A program made the translations under genes and the position numbers. The notes below the pieces were generated by a model. That model did not search any database. It saw only the letters and a list, made by a program, of their open reading frames with translations, and was not told where the DNA came from. From NCBI GenBank assembly GCA_030248215.1, contig JASANG010003810.1, forward strand, positions 614,864 to 634,863: a DNA stretch of 20,000 nucleotides. Reading direction: 5' to 3'. Numbering within the stretch: the stretch's first letter is position 1; each line of letters begins with the position of its first letter. The DNA is from Enoplolaimus lenunculus (Eukaryota). Positions 10,955 to 19,471 of this stretch are shown here, in pieces.

Positions 10955-11120
10955 CACTGCAAAAAATGGTGAGTCAAATTGACTCTTTCGGAAATAGGCT
11001 TTTACTGACTACACAAACTGAGTTAAATTCGACTCCACCAGAGTAAAATTCGATTCCACTATGTCGCACGTTTGACTCTGGCGGAATCGAATTTGACTCA
11101 GTTTGAAGCCAACTCTGTAG
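10955..11120 (+). mobile_element. Fragment of a second CACTG-terminus element with GAGTCAAATTGACTC-type palindromic subterminal repeats
   Basis: cactgcaaaaaa followed by gagtcaaattgactc, gagttaaattcgactc, gagtaaaattcgattc and gaatcgaatttgactc. No clean right TIR. Confidence 0.5.
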
Positions 11121-11329
11121 TTTCGCACAGTTATTTTTAATTCACCCCATGTTTTGGACCCAACACCATTTTATATTCATTCTTTAGGGCAGAACTGACT
11201 GGCTCCGAAACATTTTTGTTCATTGCAACGCCTGTTAACCTTTTTTAGACTCAGGAAGCTCATACTGGTTATCTGAGTGTCTGTTACATATTTAAGCAGA
11301 CTTGGCTATACTGCGTTTGTCTTTTCGCC

Positions 11330-11450
11330 GACTCTAATTATGTCTTATCCATACAGAACCGGGTTAAATTAGGGATACGTACTCCTATCGATTGGAACTG
11401 CAAATAGGGACCCCCTGTTTTCACCGTCTCTTGTTCAGGTCCCTACAGTA
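11330..11450 (+). mobile_element. Family C right-end fragment (diverged)
   Basis: gactctaatt...attagggatacgtactcctatcgattggaact...tcttgttcaggtccctacagta resembles 14575-14704. Confidence 0.65.
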
Positions 11451-12060
11451 GCTAGCAATACCAAAAAATTTTCACCTCAGCAGCTTATTCTCCAACCAAT
11501 CAAAATTCTCGTTTTTAAAGACTTTTCAGTAATTGCGGTGAAACATATCTTCCCTCCCCCCTCATAATCATCTCGTAGTATACGTCCCTACGGGCCAGCT
11601 GGAACCTATTGCTGTGCTGTTTTGAGTTAAACACAATTTGAATTTTCGAACAAACCCGGGCATTTCTGAGTTTCTATAATTAAAATTTTAAACTCATGGG
11701 TATTGATTACGTGAGCGACAGATTGAACAATAGCGTAAGGTTTACACGTAATAAATTTAGCAATGGCGTTTGGATGCAGTGTACCCCAGTATCACCACAG
11801 ACCAATGACAAATATAGGATCAGGTCAGTGCCGAGGTTGGCATCCCTGAAATGTTCCAGGAGGGCTGGTGTCTCCACCGGATGGGTCGAACGGGAATAAT
11901 CCAAACATGTTTATAGAAACAGAATGTAAACGGATAGTAAGAATACCGAAAACAGAAATGGATAGTGATCAAAATAACAAAAACGGTAGACGAATATTGA
12001 AGTATAAAAGTTTCAAAGATGTTTTATTTTTTCGCCAACACAGTAGATGCGTACAAACGC

Positions 12061-12322
12061 TCGTCGGGCTGGACTTTTGTATTCTATCAGATGAACCTTT
12101 ACCACGGGTGTAAATTCCAGTGAATTGATTTTAACTCAGAATGAAACGAATCCACTCAGAAGCGTGAGCTCTGAATTAGGTGTTTTAGAACTCAGAATAG
12201 TGTGAATTGATTGAACTCACCTTCTGAGTTGATTCATTTCATTGTGAGTTAAAATCAATTCACTGGAATTTACACCCCCGGTAAAGGTTCATCTGATAGA
12301 ATACAAAAGTCCAGCCCGACGA
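12061..12322. repeat. Long inverted repeat: 102-bp arms (12061-12162 and 12221-12322) with a 58-bp spacer
   Basis: The arms are reverse complements with 5 mismatches by manual alignment. Confidence 0.95.
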
Positions 12323-12460
12323 ACACTTATTAAGCACCTCAGCTGGATTTAAATCAGCTCAACGCGAGTTAATGTTTCCATAATTAATAACGCAGAAATA
12401 TTCAGAAATGACTAATTCGCTCTCTGAATTGATTAATCAACTCGTCGACGCTTTACAGAG
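12109..12460 (-). mobile_element. Family A MITE interrupted by an inverted duplication
   Basis: Starts tgtaaattccagtgaattgattttaactcagaatg (terminal CAC damaged), resumes after 12322 with aaatcagctcaacgcgagttaatgttt...tgattaatcaactc...tttacagag followed by TA. Confidence 0.8.
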
Positions 12461-12713
12461 TATGCAACGTGGTTTTAGGAATATTAATTTTCTGTTTTGA
12501 TGACACAAAACATTGGAATAAATTTTTTATTATAGAAAATTGGCTGTTATTCCGTTCAAACTGCGTTGCCGTCAATTTGGTTTATGAGCAAAACACATTT
12601 GAGATTATCAATTCTAAGAGTTCAATATTTTGTTGATGTTTACGATTTTAGGTAACGGTGAACATTTTGGCTGTGTTGTACTTCCTGTTTAATGTGAAAC
12701 TGTTAGCAGAAAC

Positions 12714-13202
12714 GGCCCACGTAAACATCAGGGGGCAGAACGTTTTTCTGTGAGACTGCAATAGAGTAAGCTTAAGGTTTAGAATAATTTTTTGTTTGGC
12801 TCACGTTTAGGATTAGGCTTCGACCTAGTCTTAGGTTATACGCTCATTGGACGCTTAGGCTTTGGTTTTGGCTTTAGGTTTGGGCTTGGGCTTAGGCTTA
12901 GGCTTAGGCTTAGGCTTAGGCTTACGCTTAGGCTAAGGCTTAGGCTTAGGCTTAGGCTTAGGCTTAGGCTTAGGCTTAGGCTTAGGCTTACGCTTAGGCT
13001 AAGGCTTAGGCTTAGGCTTAGGCTAAGGCTTAGGCTTAGGCTTAGGCTTAGGCTAAGGCTTAGGCTTAGACTTAGGCTTAGGCTTAGGCTTAGGCTTTAC
13101 GCTTAGGCTTAAGCCTAGGCTTAGGTTATAAGTTCACTGTACGCATTAGGCTAGGCTTAGGAATATGCTTAAACTGTCGTACCCATGTTCTTTACATTAG
13201 TC
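12714..13202 (+). mobile_element. Family B MITE carrying an expanded TTAGGC array
   Basis: Left TIR ggcccacgtaaacatcagggggcagaac, right end catgttctttacattagtc, perfect 8-bp TSD GCAGAAAC at 12706-12713 and 13203-13210. Confidence 0.92.
12891..13094 (+). repeat. Interstitial telomeric array (CTTAGG)n = (TTAGGC)n, 34 in-phase hexamers
   Basis: 27 perfect units plus variants CTTACG (2), CTAAGG (4) and CTTAGA (1). Degenerate units continue on both sides. Confidence 0.97.
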
Positions 13203-13518
13203 GCAGAAACTTATATCAGCTCACATTTCTATGTTTAATACGTAAACCAAGAGTTGTGGCTTTTTGTGCCCTGTTAGAAAATTTTCGCCCAAAGATGGAT
13301 TGAAATCTTTGAAAGTTTACCACCCATACACGATTATTTTACCTCTTTAAGATGCTTGTTATCTTGTCTTTACGTATTTGTTTATGTATGATTGTAGGAC
13401 TACGCTAAGTAGTTTCCATCCATTACCTGAAGCCCTATTCACACACGTGCAATTTTTAATGCTGCGAAGAACTTGCATCTGCAACTTGCACTAATATTAA
13501 AATGTATAGTGTTTCGCA

Positions 13519-13663
13519 GGCCAATGCATGCAACAGGGCGGTAACAATAGTATAAGCATATCATTAAGCTTAGGCTTAAGCGTAAAATGTGCTTATACCT
13601 CAGCGTAAGCTATTAAGGAAAAAATTAATAGTCTAAAGTTTAAGCTTTACTCTATTGCAGTCC
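13519..13663 (-). mobile_element. Family B MITE, truncated (one TIR missing)
   Basis: ggccaatgcatgcaacagggcggtaac...ataagcata...agtctaaagtttaagctttactctattgcagtcc. Confidence 0.8.
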
Positions 13664-13838
13664 GTTATGAACACCAATATTTAAGCTGTTTTATCCGTGC
13701 CGACCTACAAAAAAACTGAAATTGATAATATTTCCCACAAGTTTCAAACGTATATATTTCATTTCCGACTGTGTTTAATGACATTTTATAGACGTTATTT
13801 TTCGGTAGGACCAAACCTGTAACTTTCATAGGTCCATT

Positions 13839-14048
13839 GGCCCATGTTACTTTAAGGGGCGTAAAGGTTTCTGGTGGGTCTATCAAAGAGCGGGTTCAGA
13901 TTCTAGATTACAATTTTTTTTTGCTTAGGCTTTAAGGCTCAGACTTAGAGGCTTAGGCGTGGGAACACATTTTTGCAACGCTTAGGCTTAGGGATAGGCT
14001 TAGGAATACGCCTAGTCTACTGTTAGGCTCCTAAAAGTAACATTGACC
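13839..14048 (+). mobile_element. Family B' telomere-repeat MITE
   Basis: TIRs ggcccatgttactttaaggggcgtaa / ttaggctcctaaaagtaacattgacc, flanks ggtccatt / agttcatt (6/8), TTAGGC variants in the core. Confidence 0.85.
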
Positions 14049-14259
14049 AGTTCATTTAGTGACAGGGGGCAAATCATAAAGCATGTAATCAATATGATAT
14101 ATTACTGCAATGTAAAATAGTGTTTATGGCTGCGAAACATACGGTTTTATGTAAAATACGCCAGCCCTGAGCAAAAAGAGACCAGAACAAAGTCGTACAT
14201 TTTAAGAGTTTTGATTAGGCTCGGGCTCAGAATGAGACTAGAGCCTGTCGTGTTTCTAC

Positions 14260-14705
14260 CACTGTAGTGACACGAATAAGACGGGGGGGCTGATATTTAT
14301 TTGGCCTCTCCAAAGGGTACCCCTGTTATTCGGTTACGGACTGTTATTTATTTTTAACCCACGCTCCGCCGCCCTTCGTTACTGATATATACGGTACTGC
14401 AACTATCCGTTAAATTAAACGTTTATTTGTCTCGCGTCAATAGCATGAGCGAACATGCAAGGTTATACTTAGGAATGTACTTTCAAAACTAAGTATGCTT
14501 TAATGTTTAGAAATCAACTTTATTTGGTCCTGGAGGTTTTTATGCGGTACAATTAGGAAAAATTGACTTTTATGGACTCTAATTAGGATTTAGGGACTCT
14601 ATCCGCTTACGGACTCTTATTAGGGACACGGACTCCTATTGATTGGGACTCGAAATGGGGACCGCCTCTTATTAACCACACCCTCTTATTCGGGTCACTA
14701 CAGTG
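14260..14705 (+). mobile_element. Family C TIR element, apparently complete (~446 bp)
   Basis: TIR cactgtagtgacacgaataaga / tcttattcgggtcactacagtg (21/22). The right part matches 3229-3362 and 11330-11450. The exact terminus and TSD are ambiguous. Confidence 0.8.
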
Positions 14706-15120
14706 TATTCCTAACCCGCTGAATCTGTGAGATGAGCCCCCTCGTTGCAATTTATATCATCATTTTCAAAATTGATTTCTTCTAAAGCGGGGCTCTGATA
14801 CACACTTTGCAAGTTTAAGCCTATGCCTAAGCCTAAGCAGATGTAAAGAGATTGTTAATTTAAATTATGCTGTAGGTAAAATATTTTTTCAACTCGCATG
14901 GTCGGTGGTTGATTGTCGCCCGCCCCCTCCTCGTGAAGTTATAAAGCGGTTATAACCACAGCCGCTGGCAATGTCTTAGGTTTAAGCTTATATTTGCGAA
15001 TGACTATGGGCGTAGCCAGGAATTTGTAAGGGGGTTGCGTTCCGTAAAAAATTGTAAAGTATTGATTGTTGCGTTCGGAAACCGAAAAAGTACGTATAGA
15101 AGAACAAATTTAATATTTTG

Positions 15121-15261
15121 AGTCCCAAGGGGCTGAACTTGTGGCCTTAATCGAATTTTTGAAAAATTCAGATTTGGGCATGAAATGATTAGAGGATGTC
15201 ATCAGAAGCTTCAATATGCAAAAAGTTTCAAAATGCTAGTATTTATGAGCAAACGCCAGCT
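15121..15261 (-). repeat. Family F fragment
   Basis: Reverse-complement similarity to 5682-5826. Confidence 0.65.
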
Positions 15262-15294
15262 ATTAAGTGCGGTATAACCGACCACTAAACAAAG

Positions 15295-15389
15295 AATGAA
15301 TTTTTTCCATTTTTTTCCATTTTTTTATGGAAAACATGGAAAAAATTCATTTTTTCCGGTCATAATTTTCTTCCGGAAAAACAACCCTA
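15295..15389. mobile_element. Probable hAT-like terminal fragment with TTTTTCC/GGAAAAA repeats
   Basis: Palindromic atgaattttttccat...atggaaaaaattcat ending ggaaaaacaacccta, a TAGGGTTG-type terminus on the - strand. Confidence 0.4.
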
Positions 15390-16176
15390 TATATGTGTAT
15401 ATAATATATAGCACTTCTATATATAATATATAGCACTTGGAGTATATAAAATTTGTTTGTGGGGTTTCGACTATTTCGCAAGTGTGGGGATGGCCTTGGG
15501 TTCATGCACTTGAAAATAAAAAGTACTTCTTTCTAAAGTTTGCCCGGAAACTGCGGAATTTTCCGCTCAGGGTCGAAACCGCTGTATTTTTATTGATTTT
15601 CATGACGCGGTGAGAACGTCTACTCTGTGGCCGCAAGAGGGTGGCCACTGAGTGGGGCGATTCTAAGGCGTCCAATTTAGCGGTTTTAAAATTTTTAGAC
15701 CTTCAGTCACAATTACGGGTGCACGCATATTCGGTTGTATTCGAGCTTGCATGGGGTTGTTACCTAGATAGAGTGGGTTAATAATTTCAAAAGACGAACA
15801 ACCAATCAAAATCAGTTTGCATTCCAATCGCGGAGTATTCTCCGTACATTTTTAGTGTTTATTCAAATTCCAGGTATGGCAATGTCACAGTAGCGGCTGT
15901 GTATTTTAAAATTTAACTTGAAGTTTTGAGTTTGTTTATTTTGAAACAAAAATTTCGTCTACAATTTTCCCAATCTGCTTATATTTTTAACTTTACTTAC
16001 TAAAAATTGATGTTTCAACTGCGAGAACTGTCAAAATATGAAAAAAAGTTAAAAATTTCAGTATATTTATGCTATTGGTTGAGGGTTTATAGATAGGTGT
16101 ATTTGAAATTTTTTGATTGGTTAATTTTTGTTCTTAAATATTGTTTAATTGGTTAATTTTTATTCTTCAATATTTC

Positions 16177-16390
16177 GGCCAATGTAAAGAACAGGGGCGG
16201 AACAGTATTATTAGCGCATTCCTTAAGCATATGCCTAAGCCTAATTCTAAGCCTATAAAGCGTACGAATGAGCACATTTTTTAAGCATAAGCCTAAGCCT
16301 AAGCCAAGCAAAAAATTAGTCTAAAGCTTAAGCTTACACTTTTCTAGTCCAATACAGCAAAACGCTCCGCCTGTGATCTTTACAGCGGCC
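16177..16390 (-). mobile_element. Family B telomere-repeat MITE ~420 bp upstream of the GPCR ATG
   Basis: TIRs ggccaatgtaaagaacaggggcggaac / ctccgcctgtgatctttacagcggcc, flanks aatatttc / gatatttc (7/8). Confidence 0.9.
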
Positions 16391-16519
16391 GATATTTCTT
16401 AACCGATTGTAAACCGAAGTAATTTCTAACAACTCTTCAAATGGAATTATTTCACTCGCGGCGGATCGAGAAATTTCTGACGCTTTGGATGGCTGGCACA
16501 AAAATATGAAACGCAATTT

Positions 16520-16609
16520 TTAATTTCTGAAGACCTAATTCACTGCTCGAGACTATTGAGTCGATTCAACTCAATCTGAGTTAAAATCAATTCACTGAAA
16601 CTTACAGTG
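16520..16609 (+). mobile_element. Family A right-end fragment 200 bp upstream of the ATG
   Basis: ttctgaagacctaattca...tctgagttaaaatcaattcactgaaacttacagtg followed by TA. Confidence 0.8.
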
Positions 16610-16809
16610 TATATATGCCCCACCGTTATTGTAACATTTCTCAATAATTTTATAGATGTGAATGGTATCCTATAACTTCGCCGACACGTAATGGGCTGGA
16701 ATAACAAAATACGCCTAAGGTTTATGACTGAGGATTTATTTTTTAGGTTTTAAGAACTTTATTTCAATAAATACCTAAGCCTAAACTTAAACCAAGTTTA
16801 CAATTTTAA

Positions 16810-17302
16810 ATGCCTACACAGGTCAATATTTCCTACAGTATCACCCTGCCTCCTAGCAGTATAACTGCGCCCACAACAACGACACCTCCAATAGTGACGT
16901 CGTCGTTATTTCAACCAATCATCGAACACATCCTTGCAGAAGTGAACGTTTCTGATTGGCTAAATCTGACGTCATCATTAACAAATCAAAGCTCAGCACT
17001 GACGTCAAGAAATCGATCACAACAACCAATTGCGTGCGAGCCTCATTTTTCGTCGATGATTATTGCAGTTATCGTGTTGTATACAACGATATTTTGTTGT
17101 TCTGTGATTGGTAACTGTTTAGTGATAATGACCATTGTCCAGAACGCGTGCATGCGGACTCCAACGAATATGTTTTTGTTGAATTTAGCAATTGCCGACC
17201 TTGCGAGGGTTATGATTTGCTTGCCATCGTCGCTTACTGCAGTTGTTTTTCGGTGCTTTTTCTTTGGTCCCATACTTTGTCGGGTGATATCGTATTTGCA
17301 AC
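16810..17302 (+). CDS. Coding exon 1 of a CCK/sulfakinin-receptor-like (nematode ckr-like) class A neuropeptide GPCR: N-terminus, TM1, TM2, start of TM3
   Basis: The ORF encodes a Ser/Thr-rich N-terminus with five N-x-S/T sequons (NIS, NVS, NLT, NQS, NRS), TM1 'SVIGNCLVIMTI', ICL1/TM2 'MRTPTNMFLLNLAIADL...CLP' and ECL1/TM3 'FFFGPILCRVISYLQ'. It ends at a C|GTAAGT donor (GT at 17303, phase 1). The start codon is assumed to be the ATG at 16810; an upstream exon cannot be excluded. Confidence 0.93.
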
Positions 17303-17897
17303 GTAAGTAGATGAGGGGTGGCTATCAGATCGTAAGTACATTGGGGGTGGCTATCAGACCGTAAGTACATTGGGGGTGGCTATCAGACCGTAAGTACATT
17401 GGCGGGGTGGGGGTGGGTATCAGACCGTAAGTACAGTAGGGTGGTGGCTATCAGACCGTAAGTACATTGGTGGGGTGGGGGTGGGTATCAGACCGTAAGT
17501 ACATTGGGGGGTGGCTATGAGACCGTAAATACATTCGTGGGTCGCTATCAGACCGTAAGTACATTGGGGGGTGGCTATCAGACCGTAAGTACATTGGGGG
17601 GTGGCTATCAGACCGTAAGTACATTGGGGGGTGGCTATGAGACCGTAAGTACATTGGGGGGTGGCTATCAGAGAGTAAGTACTGATTGGTGGGTGGGGGT
17701 TGGTATCAGACCGTAAGTACTTTAGGGGGTGGCTATCAGACCGTAAGTACATTGGGGGGTGGCTATCAGACCGTAAGTACGTTGGTGGGGTGGGGGTGGG
17801 TATCAGACCGTAAGTACATTGGGAGGTGGCTATCAGACCGTAAGTAAATGGGGGATGGCTATCAGACCGTAAGTACATTGGAGGGCTGATTATCAGA
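17303..17897 (+). repeat. G-rich minisatellite, 19 units of 29-38 bp, consensus GTAAGTACATTGGGGGGTGGCTATCAGACC, starting at the first base of intron 1
   Basis: Units were counted by GTAAGT/GTAAAT at 17303, 17332, 17361, 17390, 17427, 17458, 17495, 17525, 17555, 17585, 17615, 17645, 17675, 17713, 17743, 17773, 17810, 17840 and 17869. Confidence 0.97.
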
Positions 17898-17923
17898 AGG
17901 TATAAAAATTAGCGGTCAATGCA

Positions 17924-18095
17924 CATTCCAGTAGCCAGCTTGCTCATCTTGCTAGGGGGGCTAGAAAATTTTTAGGATTGCAATACAAGGGTTTGCGATG
18001 ATTTACAAGCAAGTTTGAAACTTTTCTAGGGGAGCGGGGCAAAATTTTTGCAGGGGTGACGCTGAGTTCCCTGCCTCTCTATGGCTACGTACCTG
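17924..18095 (-). mobile_element. Family E hAT-like MITE in intron 1
   Basis: Termini cattccagtagccag / tggctacgtacctg, flanks tcaatgca / tgaatgta (6/8). The body is reverse-complementary to 19349-19460. Confidence 0.65.
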
Positions 18096-18418
18096 TGAAT
18101 GTATTTACACAAATTAGCACGCAAACCCGTCTCGTCATTTGCTTCTGCCATACTATTTCCAACTTTGGCTTGTATTAAATAGTCGATATTCTTTGTATGC
18201 CTTCCTGAAATTTTTAGCCATAGCTCCCACCAGGATGAGTTGGCTACTGGCCTGGAATCGAAACCTGTTACAAGTGTGGAAAGAGGAACATATACCAGTG
18301 AAGATTTATAAAGAAACAATAAATAATTGACCAGATTAACGGTATGTGTGCAAGGTAAGTGTATGTAAAGCAAAAAGATTGTAATACATGTGCACATATA
18401 CCGGTATATTGATGTTGG

Positions 18419-18750
18419 GGCGCATGTATTGAACAGGGCCGGATCGTTTTTCGGACGGTCTATAATAGAGTCTAAGCTTTAGGCTAATTTTTTGCTTAGG
18501 CTTAGGCTTAGGCTTAAGCTTAGGAATAGACTTATCCATATGCTTAGGATTAGGCTTAGGAATAGGCTCATCCATACGCTTAGGCTTTAGGCTTAGGAAT
18601 AGGCTCATCCATACGCTTAGGCTTAGGCTTAGGGATTGGCTCATCCATACGCTTAGGCTTAGGCTTAGGAATAGACTCATCTTTACGCTTAGGCTTTAGG
18701 CTTAGGAATATGCTTATACTACTGTTCCGGCCCTGTTCTATACATGGGCC
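18419..18750 (+). mobile_element. Family B MITE with five internal tandem 36-37-bp units, 60 bp upstream of the exon-2 acceptor
   Basis: TIRs ggcgcatgtattgaacagggccgga / tccggccctgttctatacatgggcc, perfect TSD GATGTTGG at 18411-18418 and 18751-18758. Confidence 0.93.
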
Positions 18751-18810
18751 GATGTTGGCGTCGATTGCAAATACCTGCAACCAACTTGTCTGGTTTATTT
18801 TAATTTTTAG

Positions 18811-19272
18811 CAGTCTCAGTGACAGCATCCGCGTTCACCTTGGTCGTAATTGCAATCGAACGCTACTGCGCCATATGTAGTCCGTTTCGGTCCCGGGCCG
18901 CTTGGCAAACAAAGCGTCACTCAGCCCGAATGATAGCCCTCGTTTGGCTTGGGTCGTGTCTAGTCAATATACCGTTCGGCGTATGGGCAGAACATATCCC
19001 AATGCCGCGGGGTGGGTACAACTGCCTTACCATTTGGCCGTCTCGACTATTCGCGAGGGTCTACCTGCCCCTGCAGGCGTTGATTATGTTTGTTGGGCCG
19101 TTTTCAGCTATGGCTGCGTTATATACGGTAGTGATCAAAACGCTTCATCGTGGGATTTTACTTGAGATGAAAGGGAATGCCGCTGCAGGGGCCAAGATGT
19201 CTAGTCAGACCCGCGAAACTAAGTTCCCACGCGGTCAGACTGTTGACGTGGCTGGTAGTAGACGGAAAGAAT
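18811..19272 (+). CDS. Coding exon 2 of the same GPCR: TM3 (ERY motif), TM4, ECL2, TM5, start of ICL3; gene continues beyond the window
   Basis: The acceptor taatttttAG ends at 18810. The phase-1 join gives SYLQ-P-VSVTASAFTLVVIAIERYCAICSPF. ICL2 'WQTKRHS' resembles the WQTKSHA/WQTRSHA motif of CCK-type receptors, followed by TM4 'ALVWLGSCLVNIP', an ECL2 Cys and TM5 'FVGPFSAMAALY'. There is a T|GTAAGT donor at 19273 before the in-frame TAG. No TM6/TM7 (CWxP, NPxxY) is visible in the window. Confidence 0.92.
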
Positions 19273-19348
19273 GTAAGTTCTAGGGGTCAGCTGGGTATAG
19301 GGTTGGATTTTGGGACTTTTCTAACTTGTAAGTTTAATGCGATCCATT

Positions 19349-19460
19349 CGAGCCCGTAGCCAAGAGTGGGTCCAGGGGGTGAATCCCCCTTGGAAAAACT
19401 TTCGCCCCTCCCTAGAAAATTTTCAAACTTGTGAGAGATTAAAAACCCTTGAAGCGTTGC
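19349..19460 (+). mobile_element. Family E fragment in intron 2
   Basis: cccgtagcca...ttcgcccctccctagaaaattttcaaacttg...aaaccctt is the inverse of ~17977-18092. Confidence 0.65.
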
Positions 19461-19471
19461 AAAAGCGTATT

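Noticed and set aside
11696..12113. Short overlapping ORFs in a moderately GC-rich patch
   Set aside because: No recognisable motif or convincing splice-site pair. It could be a decayed TE fragment, and a BLASTX search would decide.
12891..13094. True chromosome end or telomere fusion site
   Set aside because: The array has a single orientation with no head-to-head junction, and it is enclosed by MITE ends and a perfect TSD with ordinary sequence on both sides.
12792..13106. 104-aa (LR)n ORF
   Set aside because: It is a translation of the TTAGGC array with a TTG start and no coding evidence.
16110..16176. Two-copy ~33-bp duplication (a similar case lies at 15401-15438)
   Set aside because: An ordinary local slippage duplication in AT-rich DNA.
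1..16809. Autonomous transposase, RNA genes or additional coding exons upstream
   Set aside because: No long ORF, DDE/RT motif, tRNA cloverleaf or SL-RNA sequence was recognised. Small or non-coding exons cannot be excluded by eye.
17420..17878. Repetitive ORFs on both strands
   Set aside because: They are by-products of the ~30-bp minisatellite.
17303..17897. CRISPR-like appearance of the ~30-bp repeats
   Set aside because: The units are directly tandem with no unique spacers, there are no cas genes, and the context is a eukaryotic intron.
18262..18300. CYKCGK zinc-knuckle-like peptide in one frame
   Set aside because: It lacks the His and last Cys of CX2CX4HX4C and is bounded by stops.
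18336..18828. PKPKRMDEPI-repeat ORFs on the - strand
   Set aside because: They are translations of the 36-bp units inside the family B MITE.
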